A DNA stretch of 64,000 bases from Hyaloraphidium curvatum SAG 235-1 (taxonomy: Eukaryota > Fungi > Monoblepharomycota), in NCBI GenBank assembly GCA_025558095.1, contig JAIVFI010000041.1, forward strand, positions 408,504-472,503, in the 5' to 3' direction. Under the pieces are notes generated by a model that was given only the letters and a program-made list of their open reading frames with translations, was not told the origin of the DNA and ran no database searches. Made by a program: the position numbers and the translations under genes. Numbering within the stretch: the stretch's first letter is position 1; every line of letters begins with the position of its first letter. Shown here piece after piece: positions 34,454 through 47,231 of the stretch.

Positions 34454-36033
34454 ATGGAAGCTTTTCGCGACTTTGACATTGAGCCTTCTATGGCATTCCA
34501 CATGGCCAAGGAGGTGGTGGAAGCGGCTCTCCAGGCACTGGAGAGCGGCCGGGCGGACGCGGAAAGCCTGGACCACGCCAGCGTCGCGCTGAGTTCCTGG
34601 TACAACACCGGAAACACCGCGGGGGATCCCGCAAAGGACGGCGCCCTCTTCGTCGCCCAGGCCAAACGGTTCCTCAAGGTGGTCGACGAGCTCGCGAGCG
34701 GCCGGACCGGACCGCGTCGCGGCTCGCCTCGGTCGGGAAGGCACGGCTCACGAGGATCCCCTGCGACATGCTGTCCCAAACCGGGGTCGTCCTCGACCTG
34801 TGGGACGTCGGGCTGCCGAAGGACAAGGCCAAGGCGAAGGCGTTCAAGTTGTTCGAGCGGTGCATCAGCGCCGGCTCCGGTTCCGGGGACCAGGAAGTGA
34901 AGCGCTGCGTCGGGGGATCTTTGCACCACATGGGGCTTCTGATGATGAGGTTCGGAGTAGTCGGCCGCGGAACGGACGTCGTGGCGCTCATCGCTCAGCA
35001 TCCCCTGCCAGCGGCTTCGACGGTCAGCCATCCAACCCGAAGAGGGCCAACGAATACTGGTTCAAGGCCTTCGACCACGGCTTCACAGACGCGGCGTTCA
35101 ACATTTCTTCCAGCTTCCATCTCGGCAACGGTCTCCCGGCGGACACGGCCAAGTCCAAGGAGATGAGTGAGGGACAAGCTGCCGCCGGGCCGGATCGACG
35201 AGCTGATCGCCGAGTTCCGGAAGGACCGAGGCCGCGCGGTCGTGCTCGACTACGAACCTTCGGCAAATGCCAGGGACTGCCGCGTGCCGCTCGCCGGCCG
35301 ATGCCGAAAAGGTGCTCGCCGGGGGCCGGATCAAGTCCCGCGAAAACAGCTTCAGGATCTTCGACTGGCTCCTCGCCGCGGGGCAGTCCAAGGCGGCGCG
35401 CAGCATCCAGATGTGACTGCTGGAGCTCCACACCATCGCGGACGCGAAGCCCAAGGCCGACGCCCTGCTCGGTCCGGGGGGCGGCGGCGCGCTGGAGATC
35501 CTCGCCAAGACCTTTCTCCGATCGATCTCCGTCGAGGAGGCGGGCAGGGATTTCGAGGACGTGCAGGACGAAGCGATGGGGAACATCTTCTCGGAGAAGA
35601 GCGACGTTCCGCTGCGAGAAGCCCGCTGGATCCTGGGCGACGACACGCAGATCGCGCAGGACCCCGCGGTCACAAAATCCCGCGTCGAGCGCGCCATGAA
35701 GCGGTTCATCATGCTGGGAAACAACCTTGGCGGCCCTCGGCGGCCACGAGAGGTCGTTGGCGGACGTCGGCCCTCGGGATGCCCACCGGAGCAAGGTCCG
35801 CTGCCTCACCTGCGGCAAAACGGGGCAGGAAGTCGGTGCGACGCGGCTCATGCGGTGCGGCGGCTGAGGTCGGAAGCGATCGCGTACTGCTCGGCGGCGT
35901 GCCAGAAAGCGGACTTCGGAGGCAGATACGGGCTTCCCGGGAAGAAGAGCTCGCGCAGGGAGGGCAGGGAGAGCGAGTGTGCCATGATCAAGCGGGCGGC
36001 TTCTCAACGGGCGGAGCGCAACTTCAAGCAGTG
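34454..36033 (+). pseudogene. Sel1-like repeat plus MYND zinc-finger protein, frameshifted
   Basis: DKAKAKAFKLFERC and ANEYWFKAFDHGFTDAAFNI..HLGNG; CLTC...MRCGG[TG]RSEAIAYCSAACQKADF with a 1-nt loss near 35866 and further frame jumps. Confidence 0.65.
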
Positions 36034-36204
36034 AGGTCGTGTTGTCATGTACGTGCAAACTGGGGCCGCATGCTCTAACCGCACCAATATCCACCGCCTT
36101 TCGCCGTCGTAAGTTGACTGGCTCCGGCGCGAGTGAGCGCCAAAGGGGTTTTCCGAGATCCTCCGTCCGGCTCATTGAAGGCCCGCGCCCAGAACCATAG
36201 AACC

Positions 36205-37900
36205 ATGACTGCGGCCTCTCCTGCCGAAATATCTTCTGCTTCTAGCGGTGACGTTGCGGAAATGCCGGCCGCGCTGGACCTGCCCGCGGCGGCCGCGGAA
36301 CCACTGCCTCCCGCGCCGGCCGGCTCGGAGCCGTCCGCGCCCGATGCGCCTTCCGCCGACGGCGCTTCGTCGTCCGCCGGAGAGGGCGCCGACGCGGAGA
36401 CGGCCATCGACGGCGAGCCCGATTCCGGCGCCGGAACGCTGAAACCGGACAAGGGGGACCCCTCGGCGACCGACGGCGCTTCCCCGAAGGGCGAGGGCGA
36501 TGTCGAAGCCGGCGACGCCGTGGTGGAGGATGCCAAGCCGCCCGCCCCGCCGGCGCTGGACTACCCCGACGACTCCAAGCTGGGCTACGGCGCCGTCGTC
36601 ATCCTCGCCAACTTTTCCATCCTCTTCCTCGCGGCGGGCCTGCAGTACTCCTCGGGCGTCTTTATCCGAAACTACTACACCCTGCAGTACTTTGGCCCCG
36701 GCACATCCTACTCGGTCATCGCCTTTCTCGGCAGCCTGATCGGCCTCGGGTTCCCGCTGTTCGGGCCCATCGCGGGCACGGTGTCGGCCTACTTCGGCCC
36801 GCGGCCCGTGGTGCTCGTGATGGTCACCGTGCAGGCGCTGGGGCTCATCATCGCCAGCCTGGCGCCGAGCGTGGCGCTGATGCTGGTGTTCCAGGGCTTG
36901 GTGTTTGGTCTGGGGGAGTGCTTCGTCTACATCGCCGGGATTGCTGCGCTGCAGCAGTACTTCCTGAAGCGCCGCGGGCTGGCCATCGGCCTCGCGGTGT
37001 CCGGGTCGGGGTTCGGCGGCCTCGCGCTCTCCTCCGTGACCCAGATCCTCATCGACAACCTCGGCATCCCCTGGACCCTGCGCACGCTCGGCCTGGCGCT
37101 GCTGGGCGTCGGCCTGGTCGGCGGTGCGCTGATGCGGCCGCGGGTGCCATCGGGGCGGCAGGCGCACAAGGAGGCGGGTGTCAGGCTGCTGCCCAAGCTC
37201 GACTTCAGCGTGTTCAGGAACAAGTACTTTGTCGTGCTGTACGTCAGCAGCGCCATCTCCAACTTTGGATACTTCGTTCCGGTGAGACCACTCTCGCGCA
37301 CTCGCCCTCGCCTGCGCTGACGCCCCCCCCCCCCCCCCCCCCGCCCGCCAGTTCTACTTCATCTCCTCCTACTCGACGTCCATCGGCCTCTCGGCCAACC
37401 TCTCCTCCCTGGCCCTCGGCATCATGAACGGCGCCTCGGCGTTCGGCCGCATCGGCATGGGCGGCATCGCCGACCGCATCGGCTACTTGAACGCCTTCAC
37501 CATCAGCCAGCTGACGACGCCCATCGCCATCCTTTTGATCTGGTCGTTCGCCAAGTCGTTCGGCGTGATCGTGCTGTTCTCGATCGTGTACGGGTTCGCG
37601 GCGGGCGGGTTCATCTCGATCATGCCGCCCATGATGGTCTCTCTATTTGGCGGCGGCAGTGGGTTGGTCGCGATGCTGGGCATGCAGATGTCCTCGGGGT
37701 TGGTCGCCAGCCTGGCCGGTCCGCCGATCGCGGGGGCCATCACGGACGCCAACACCGTCGTTTTGCCGGACGGCACGAGGCAGGTGACGACCTGGCTGCC
37801 GACAATCATGTACGCCGGGTTCACGATGCTGGTGGGCAACCTGGCGCTGATCTGGATCAGGGGCGACCGGACGGGGTGGAAGCTGGCGGCCAAGATCTGA
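36205..37900 (+). CDS. MFS monocarboxylate transporter-like (Mch/MCT)
   Basis: YPD..GYG, QYFLKRRGLAIGLAVSGSGFGG, GRIGMGGIADRIG and GPPIAG; one intron starting at 37282 with a poly-C tract. Confidence 0.9.
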
Positions 37901-38061
37901 GGACGGGGACGGGGCACGCGGTTCCGGGCGGGCCGCTTTGGGGGGAGCGTGGATGCCGAGGGCATGTTGTCGGCGGCGTAGCTAGATTTTGGGGGGTGGA
38001 AGGGCAGGCCGTTGTGCCGCGGAATCGGAGCTGCTTGGACCACTTTCGCCCGCGGAACGCC

Positions 38062-38550
38062 TCACGCGCCCCTTCCCGTCCCTCCATCGGCCACCTCCAC
38101 GCTCGGCACCGGCTCCTTCCCCTCCCCCAGCACCCTCCACCCCAAAGTCGGCGGCCTGCCCGCGCCCCTTCCCCCCTTCGCCCCAGGGGCCACGTACACC
38201 CCCAGCCCGGTGCTCCCCTCGTCCAGCCACCACATCCCGTCCGCCGAATTCAAATACATGTAGCTCCCGTTGCCCTGCCGTTCGTGCGAATACCACGTCC
38301 GTCCCCCGCCAAGCCGATCCCACGTCGACCCGACGGGCCAGCCCTGGTCCCTGCACACGGCGGCGAACGACGCGGGGATCTCGGAGGGCGGGCGGAGGAG
38401 GTACGTGCCGTTGACCTCGCTGGTGCCTGCGCGGGAGACGAGGACGATCGGGGGGGGGGTTGGGGGGGTGCCGGGGGTCTGGGAGGGGGGCGGGTTGGAA
38501 CGGGCATCGGGGGGTGTGGGGGTGGAGGGGAGGGGAGACCGGCCGGCCAT
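38062..38550 (-). CDS. Small Trp/Gly-rich hypothetical protein
   Basis: AGTSEVNGTY...IPASFAAVC...SYMYLN..DGMWWLD...GVYVA...PPTLGW reads as a compact globular domain. Confidence 0.6.
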   Translation of the reverse strand: MAGRSPLPSTPTPPDARSNPPPSQTPGTPPTPPPIVLVSRAGTSEVNGTYLLRPPSEIPASFAAVCRDQGWPVGSTWDRLGGGRTWYSHERQGNGSYMYLNSADGMWWLDEGSTGLGVYVAPGAKGGRGAGRPPTLGWRVLGEGKEPVPSVEVADGGTGRGA

Positions 38551-38723
38551 CGCGGCCAGGCGGTGCAAGGACAGCACCAATCGAATGCCGGATCGAGGAA
38601 TGCAGGCAGCTCCGGCGAGAGATCAGGGGGGCGGGCAGCCGGGACCTTTCGCGGGGCTGCGACCAATCCCTAGTGGACCCCAACCGTTCCGCTTCGGGCG
38701 ACCCCGGGCCGCGCTCTCCAGCG

Positions 38724-41700
38724 ATGGCGACGGGCGAGCGCACGCTGCCGCCGCTGCCGGGCAGTCCTCGAAGGGACGCGGCGGGGCCGGACGATGACGT
38801 GGCGCAGAGCGAGCGGGCGGCGGACGCGGGGGCCGCCGAACCGGAAGAGGCCGGGCAGCGGCCGGGCGGAGGGGCCGCCGAGCCGCCCAAGACCGCCGAG
38901 GCGCCAACAAGGCCGACGTCGCCCAAGGAGGCTGCCGGTGCCGTCTCCCGCTGGCGGGCCTCCCTCTCCTCGGCCACACGAACCCGCCTGGCCAGCCTGG
39001 CCGCCTATGCCGACGACGTGCTCGACAGGCGCTTTGCCACGCGGGCCAAATTCGGGCTGTCCATCTCGGCCCTGGGCGACGAGCTCGCGTGGCGGGGCGC
39101 GTGGGCCGAGCTGCAGCCGTGGCGCGCCCCCGCCGCCGCCGCGCTGGTCGCCGCAGTGGTGTCGCCGCGGGCCGCCGTGCTGGTGGCGGCCGTCGCCGTG
39201 GGCGTGGCCGTCGGGCTGTTCATCGCGCCGCTGGCGAGGCCGGCCGCCGAGGCGCGGCGCGTTGGCGACCTGGCCGTGGTGTGGAAGGAGGACGTGCGCT
39301 ACTCGGTGGGCTCCCCGAACGCCAATCGCCACAACGGTTGCTGACGGGCCTGCTGCCACCCCGTTTGGTAGAAACCAGCCAGCCGCCGGCGACCGCCCCC
39401 CCTGCCTGACATCCTCTCGCCCTCGCTGCTCGCCGCCGTCGACACCCTCATCTCCTACTTTGTCCGCGACTTTATCCGCTCGTGGTGGGACCACATGGGC
39501 AACATCCCCAAGCCCCCCGACTTCGTCGACAACCTGCGCCGCGCGCTCGAGCACGCCGCCGCCACGGGCGCCGCCCTCTCCAAGGCCACCCCCGCCGCCT
39601 CGGTCATGATCCCCGTCGCCAACGCGCTCGTCTCCCACCTCAGGCAGTACCGCCTGTACGAGCAGTCGGCCCTGAACCTCCCCGCCTTTGTGCTGCGCAG
39701 CCCTTCCTCCCCGCTCGCCCGCTTCGCCACCCCGCAGCTGGTCGAGCAGCACCTCGCCTCGGTCGCGCAGCTCGTCGTCTCGCGCACCATCCCGGAGGAC
39801 GAGGCCGGGCCGACCGCCATGGCGCTGGTGCGCGCCTCGGTGTCGCTGTTTGTCCTCCTGCAGGCCACCAACGGCCTCGCGGACCCGGACTACTTCAACA
39901 CCCGCATCGTCGAGTTGCTCTCCCCCTCCTCCCCGGCCCCCAAACACCGCCGCAAACCCCCGCCCCTCGCCAGCGTGTTTGTACGCGTGGTCGAGGCCCG
40001 CCGCCTCGGGCTCCCCGCGAGCGTGGCGCAGGTGTACTGCACCGTCCGCGTGGGCGGGGAGGAGCAGCGCACGCAGAAGGTGCTCGCCGAGGGGCACCCG
40101 GTGTGGGATTGGGAGGGCTGGTTCGAGTACCGCGAGGGCGAGGGGAGGGGGGAGGAGAGGGGGCTGGAGGGGGTGCTGGTGGACGTGTGGGCCAGGGGCG
40201 GCCTCCAAGGTACGTTGCGCCGGGGTAGCGCCCGACGTCGGTCTCACGCGTCGGTTCCAGACTCGATCCTGTCGTCGGTCTGGATCCCCTTCGCCACGCA
40301 CCCCCCAAACACCCTGCACAAGAAGCACCACCCCCTCACCACCGCGCACCTCGCCTCGTCCCTCCTCCCCGCGACCGCCCACGCCGAGCTGCACGTCGAA
40401 TTCGTCCGCGCGGACCCCGACGCGCCGATTCCGGGGGTCGGCACCGTGGGGGGCCACCTCGGCGGCGCCAAGAGCCTGCCGGCGCTGATCGACGCCGTGC
40501 GGAGGGGAAGGTGGGAGGAAGAGGAAGACCCGGTGACCCCCCCGCAGCGCGCGTACGGCGGCACCCGGACCCCCCCGGTGCCCACCCCGCGCGCGAGCAC
40601 CGACGCCGCGGGGATGCCGGCGTTGGCGCTGCGCGACCTGCTGTCGGGGGACATGCTGGACGCGCTGCTGTCCCATCTGCAGGCATCGCACCCGGCGCAG
40701 ATGCCGCTGCTGGGCTTTCTGCTGGACCTCGAGGCGTTGGACGGGCTGCCGCCGGCGGCGGCGGCGTCGGACGGGGAACGGATCTTCTCGGCGCACTTTG
40801 GCCCCGGCAGCCGCATGGCGGGCTTGGTGGAGAGCGGTGTCATCGCGCGGATCAGGGAAGGGCTGGCGCTCGGGGAGCCCGGGGTGTGGGAGGAGGCGCG
40901 CAGGTGGGCCGCCGAGGTGCTGGAAAGGGAGTGCCTGCTGCGGTGCGAGGTGGTGCCGGGGTACCGGTACGTCCGCGAGGGCCCGCGGAGGGGGGCGAGC
41001 GCCGAGGGGCGTGCGGGGGGCGGTGGGGAGGCGGCGATCGCGGAGGATCTGGCGGGCGTCTTGGCGCGCTCGGCCGGGGCGCTGCCCGGGCCGGTGCCGC
41101 GGAGGAGGACGACGCCAGGGCCGACGCCGCGGGGTAGCAGGGCGGGGTCGCCGAGCAGGGGGGTGGTTCCCGGGGCGGTGGCGGTGCTGGATCCGGCGGG
41201 GACGCCGCGGAGCTCGACGGACAGCAACCCGTCGGTGCCGACGGACCCGGCCGAGGCGAGGAAGCGGATGGGGGTGCTGCAGGAGCAGATCGCGGCGGTG
41301 CAGGACGCGGCGATCAGGATCCTGCGGACGGACCCGGGTTCGTCAAGGCTGGCGCAGCTCAAGCGGACAAAGAACTCGATGGAGGCCGAGCTGGCGCGGG
41401 TCAAGCGGGTCGTCGAGGACGCGGACGGGCAGCTTACCCCCAGCCGGATCCTCTTTGGCGCGCAGGTTCGCGTGCGGGACCTCGAGGGGCCCAGGGACGA
41501 GGAGGCGGGGGCGGGCAGCGCGTGGACGCTGCAGAGGCTCAAGGAGACGTTCGTCACGGCCGGCGCTGGGATCGCGCCGGCGGCTGCTGCCAGGGCCGCG
41601 GGGCGGGCGATCGTCTACTCTGTCGAGGTCAGCTCCCGCGGCACCGCCATGCGGCACGGGTGGGCAATCACGCGGCGCTGGAGCGATTTCGTGCTGCTTC

Positions 41701-43091
41701 AGGAGAAGCTTGCGTCGCAGCACGCCAAGGTGTCCAAGATCGGGTTTCCGACCCGGCAGAGGCTCACCTCGGAGACGGACGCCGAGGCGCGCGCGCGGCT
41801 TGCGGGGGAGCTGGAGCGGTTCCTCTCGACGCTGCTTATCGACTCAAAGCTGTGCGAGTCGTTCGTGCTGCAGACCTTCCTGCAGCCGGAGCTGGTCAAC
41901 TTTGAGGAGGCGCTGGACAATGGCGGGTCGGAGCTCGAGCACCCCCTGGCGGTGTTTGCCGACGCCTTCCGCTCCGTCGGGACGGGCGTGACCGAGGCGG
42001 CGAGCCTCATAGGCCTGGGCGTCAACGAGGCCGTCTCCGCGGTGTCGTCGTTCGGCAGCGGCGCGGCGTCGGTCGTCGGCGCCGGCGTCGGTGCCGTTGG
42101 GTCGGGCGTCGTCGGCGCAGTCAAGGCACCCATCAGCGCCGCGGGTTCGCTGCTCAAGGGCATGACCTCCAGCAAGGCCGGGCAGTCCTCCCAGGAGGCC
42201 GCGCGCGGGATCGGCAAGCAGAACAGCTTCTCGAGCCAGCTCATGGGCACCTTTGGCGGCTTCACGGGCGCCGCCAACGGGCCCGCGGACCCCTTCTCGT
42301 CGCGGCCGGCGAGCAATTCGTCGTCGACGGTGCCCTCGCCGTCGCGGACGCCCACCGTGGTGCCGGCATCGCAGGCCACGGCGATGGAGCAGGCACTCGC
42401 GCCGGCGGGGTCGGGGTCGGGCGCATCGACGCCGTCCCGCTCGACGGCCGAGTACGTGCGGTCGTCGGGGAGCATCGGCGACAAGCCGCCCGAGGACATG
42501 TACAACGTGGACCCGGACCTCGTGCTGGACCTCGCCTTTTCGCTGCTCGAGGAGGTGTTCGACGTCGCCGCCGTGAGGCAGACGTCGCTCAACATCATCA
42601 AGTCGGTGCTCCGCCAGACGCACCGCGAGACGATCCGGATGGCAGCGAGTAGGCTCATCTATGCCGTCGCGCACGACGACTCGGTCGCCGCCCAAATCCA
42701 GGGCATCCTCGCGCGGTTTTGGCCCGACGGCATCTTCTACGCGCACAACCCCAACTTCGTCCCGCCACCCGTGCGGACACCAGAGCAGCGCGAGGCGACC
42801 AAGCTCGAGGCCAAGCGGCTGCTCATGCAGGACTCGGACCCGTTCGGGATCATGCTCACCCTCGACCGCCTCGTTGGGCGCTACGCCCGCGTGATGGGGC
42901 TCATCCGGCTCTTCAACTGCCTGCAGTCGGACGAGGGGCTGCTCAACAAGGGGCTGATCTGCGCGGTGCTCGAGGTAGTGGCCAAGGCGCTCCTGGTAGG
43001 GGTGGAGGAGGTGCGCGAGGCGGAAGTGGTCGAAAGACCAGATCGCGCATACGGCGCAAAGCAGGCCAAGGGGGCGGACATGGCATTGTAG
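38724..43091 (+). CDS. Mdm1/SNX13-14-25-like sorting nexin (TM-PXA-C2-RGS-PX-Nexin_C)
   Basis: VRDFIRSWW and LADPDYFN (PXA); LLGFLLDLE..IFSAHF (RGS); ITRRWSDF..IGFP (PX); FWPDG..RTPEQR..LNKGL (Nexin_C); plus a C2-like segment. Confidence 0.85.
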
Positions 43092-43239
43092 CGGGCATGT
43101 GCTGAACATCGTTGATTGCATCATCCAACTGTTAGGTCGCGGCGAGGCGGAGTCGTCGGGGGTTCTCCCGCCACGGACTCCAGAACCGCCTGCATGCCGC
43201 AAACACAGCACCCGTCCACATTCCGCTTCAAGCGACTCG

Positions 43240-44543
43240 ATGCGCGCCGCCCACCTGCCTGCGCTGCTCCTCGCCCTCGCGGCTCTGGTGTCTGTTTGGG
43301 GAACTGCTGCCGCCGGGCTCGGGGCGCGGCGGCCCCGCGGGGACGATGTGGCGGAGCGTGACCGGGACGCGGACGCGGTGGCGGACGCCGCGGGAGGGTT
43401 GAGCGCTGCCGAAGCCGTCGGGATCGAGCGCAGGCAGCTCGGCTCACGGCGGAGCACAACACGGCGGCGGAAGACGACGACGAAGCGGCGAAGGACGACG
43501 ACGCGAAGGCGGTCCTCGACCAGGAAGCGCAAGACCACAACAAGGAGGCGAAGGACGACAACGAGGCGCAGGTCATCAGCACGCAGGAGCTCTTCAAGCA
43601 CGCTCGCTGCTCCGACCAGCTCGACGGTCTCGGTCACCCCGACGACCTCGGCCACCTCCACGCCCACCTGCCCGCCCGGCTTCCGCCGCGGCAAGTCCTT
43701 CGACCGCCTCCTCCAGATCTGGCTCGAGAACGAGGACGACGTCGACGTCTCCCTCGACCCGGACTTTGCCCACCTCGCCTCGCTGGGCATCAAGCTCTCG
43801 GACTACCACGGCCTCGCGCACCCCTCCCACCCTAACTACGTCGGCTCCGTCGCGGGGTTCCTCGCCGTGCACGACAGCACCCCCGTCAACCTCACCCTGC
43901 CCAACATCGCGGACCTGCTCGACGCCGGCGGCGTGCCCTGGGGCGTGTTCGCCGAGGGGTTCCCGGGGAACTGCTCGCTCGCGGGCACCTCCGGGCGTTA
44001 CGCGAGGAGGCACAACCCCCTGATCGAGTTCACTTCGATCCACGGGAACGCGTCGCGGTGCGCGCGGATCGAGCAAGCGCCCGCGCTGGATGCCCGGATC
44101 GCAGCGGGGACGGTGCCGCAGTGGGCCATGTACGTGCCCGACCTGGACAACGACGGGCACGACACGTCCATCTCGTTCGCGGGCAAGTGGGTCAGGGGGT
44201 TCCTCGAGGCCAGGGAGGCATGGCTCAACAGCACCAACACTCTCGTGCTCCTCGTTTTCGGTCCGTCCCTCGGCACGCACCGAGCTTGCCCCGCGACTAA
44301 CCTACCACCCCCATGACTGCAGACGAAGGCCGCATCTCCCCCAACAACCACGTCTTTGCCCTCCTCCTCGGCCCCCTCATCCCGCCCGCCCTCCGCGGCA
44401 CCTCGGACGCCGCGCGGTACGACCACTACTCCATCATGTCGACCGCGGAGAACAACTGGGATTTGGGGAACCTGGGGAGGAACGATACGGGGGCGCCGGT
44501 GTTCGGGACGGGGTTGGTTAGGAGGTTCGATGCGTGCGCGTAG
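43240..44543 (+). CDS. Secreted acid phosphatase, phosphoesterase family
   Basis: Signal peptide; IWLENED, HPSHPNY, RRHNP, DGHD and YDHYS motifs; intron 44261-44321. Confidence 0.88.
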
Positions 44544-44669
44544 CAATGCCGGGGGCGGATGGCAGGCCCGATGACGTAGGGAGATGGCAGGTAACGTAGG
44601 CGACGCTCGGGGACGAATAGCCGTTTGCGTCCAACAATCCATGATGAAGCCTCGACGACCAACACTTTT

Positions 44670-46252
44670 TCAGCAGGGGAGCCCGCGGTACCACTCCGAC
44701 GCCCTCACCGCCCTCCACGCCTCGGCCCTATCCTCCGGCAGCGGCGCCATCAGCCCCTTCGCACACTCCACCGCCCCCACCTTTGCCAGCGCCGCGAGGT
44801 CCCCCTTGGGCAGCACGCCCTTCTCGCTCCACTGCTTCCACCCGTGTTCCGACGGCAGCGCGGCGGAGAAGGGGCGCTTGGCGAAGAGGGCGTATAGGAG
44901 GAGGCCGAGGGAGAAGAGATCCGCGAGGACGGGGTCGTACGGTTCGTCTGTTCGCGGGGTTCCGGGTCAGCATGCGCGATGGTCCGAGCGGGGCGCCGAC
45001 GAACCGGTGAACAGCTCGGGTGCCATCCAGGACACCGTGCCCGACCTCCCCAGGCACCACTTGGGCCCGCCGGGCGGGCACCCGCCGCAGGTGACGCCCT
45101 CGGGGTGCCCGCGCCCGGCGCAGACGGCCGAGCCGAAATCGGCGAGCTTGGCGGCGCCGTCCTGCAGGAGCACGTTGTGCGCCTTGATGTCGCGGTGGGC
45201 GAAGCCAAAGGCGTGCTGAGCACGGGGTGTCGCGGTGAGTGATCCAGGGCGGCGATAGGGCGGGCACGACACACCATGTGGTTCAGCGCCTCGGCGACGC
45301 CCTTCCACGCCCTCAGCTTCTGCGCCGCAGGCCTGTCCCCGCCCAACCACGCGGCCAGGTCCCCGCCGGAGCAGTACTCCAGCACGAGGATGAACCGCCC
45401 GCGGCGGTCGTCGAAGAGCATCTCGAAGGTGCGGCAGACGTTGGGGTGCGGCGCGGAGGAGGCCGCGAGCCATTCGCGGAGGCAGCGGAGGGCGTATGAC
45501 TCGAGGGTCGGGTAGTGGGAGCTGGCAAAGGCGGGGAGGCAATCAGGGCCACTTGCGGGAGACATCACGCAGGGGGACCGACTGGTTGCGCGAGATGGAC
45601 TTGCCCAGCAGCCGCACGGTCTTGTCCCCGGCAGGATTCGGGATCCCCGGCCTGCAGCGGACGGCAAACACCCTGCCCTGCATCGTTGAATCAGCGGCGT
45701 CGCGTCGAATCAATAACGACGTCAGTGCCGAGGACCCGCGAAGGCGGCGCCTCCACCCACCCCTCCCCCGCGCTTCACGTCGCCAGCGCCCCTGGCGCGG
45801 ACCTCGTACCGCCGCTCGAATGTCGCCTCCGGGTGGACGGACATCCTGCCCTGCGGGTCCAGGGTGGCCGACACTCCTATGGAAAGATCCCGGAGGCGCA
45901 GGGTTGCGTAGGTTGGCCCGGGCGGCGGCGAGTCCTCCGAGGCTGAGGCGGGCTCGTCGGTTGCGGCGCCGGGCACCGTCAGGAGCGAGGCGGACGGCGT
46001 GGCGCTGAGCGGCGAGTCTCCGGGCGACAGCGGGGATACCGCGGGTCCGGCGGGGGGCCGCGCGGCGTCGCCCGCCGGGGGTCGCGAATCGAACGAGAGC
46101 GCGCGCTGCGGCGACAGCGGCGACGCGGCGGGCCCGGCGGCGGCGGCGGGCGACGGGGCGCGGGCCGCCTTTGCGTCGCGCGGGGCGTCGCCGCCGGGCA
46201 GCCCGAGCGCAGACATCGAGAGGCGACGGAACGCCTGCGTGAACCCGGGCAT
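44670..46252 (-). CDS. Ser/Thr protein kinase, multi-exon
   Basis: HPNV, LEYCSGGDL, HRDIKAHN, LADFG, WMAPE and DLFSLG motifs. Confidence 0.88.
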
Positions 46253-47231
46253 GGCCGAGCGTCGCGATGGGGAGTATGCCGGTGCCGTCGACGTCCCCGG
46301 CGAGGGGCAGAAGGCTCGAAATCGAAAGTGTTTAGGACGGTGGGGCGCAGCGGCGGGCAACCGGCTTCTGGACTTCCAGGGCCGAGTCCCGCCGAAGGTT
46401 CCTGTCGGCCCTTTGCTCCCCGCGATCGGTGAGACGGGGCGATCGGCAACGTTCGGAAAGAGGGCCGCGGATTTGATCCACCCTCGCTCCCCGCCCGCCC
46501 TGCTCCCGCCGCGATGCCAGGTGCGTCTCCCGCAAGGCCCGACGAGGCACCGCCACGGCCTGCATATGCAGCAAGAACTTCGAGAACGAAGCTAGTGCAT
46601 CTCTGCAAACGGTCCACTCCTTGGGCAATGGCAGCGTATTGTCGAGGTTGAATGGCGAGGCGATCTTTCGAAGGCCGAAACCCCTCGCCGTCACGGGAGC
46701 GGGACGACGCGCATCCCTGCGAGAGCCGTTTGCTGTCTCGGGCACCTGTCTCTGAACGGCCGCAGCGAGGCGGCCGCAGCAGGGAGAGCAGTGATCACTG
46801 ACCGCTCAAGCTCTCGCGGTGCCCGTGGCGCCCACGCCACCGCGCGGCAGCCCTTGACGATACATGTTGCTCTCTCGGCATCATCGGCCCTGGCAGGTGC
46901 ACAGTACCTGCCCCATTGGGACGAATCCGCGACACGATCACGGGCGGACCAAGGGGCCGGAACCGGAGTCACTTCTCTACTCCCGGGGCTGGAGCCGCCC
47001 GCCTGCCCGACGATGCGTGCGGCGCTCGCCCTTGCGCATCCGTCGACGTCGGCTCCGTACGACTTTCCGTGGCATGTCCGCAGATGGTCGAGAGCGCGCA
47101 ACTGCCTGTAGCTGACGGGCATGGTCCGCAGAGGCCAGTTCTCCCGACCCGACCCCCGATCCAGACCGCACGCAGCAATCGGAACCACTTGCACCGCAAT
47201 CGGCCCCCCGGCTGCCCGCGACGGTCCCGCC

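Noticed and set aside
37324-37342. Poly-C tract as a contingency locus
   Set aside because: It lies inside the MFS intron between branch point and acceptor, so it cannot shift the reading frame.
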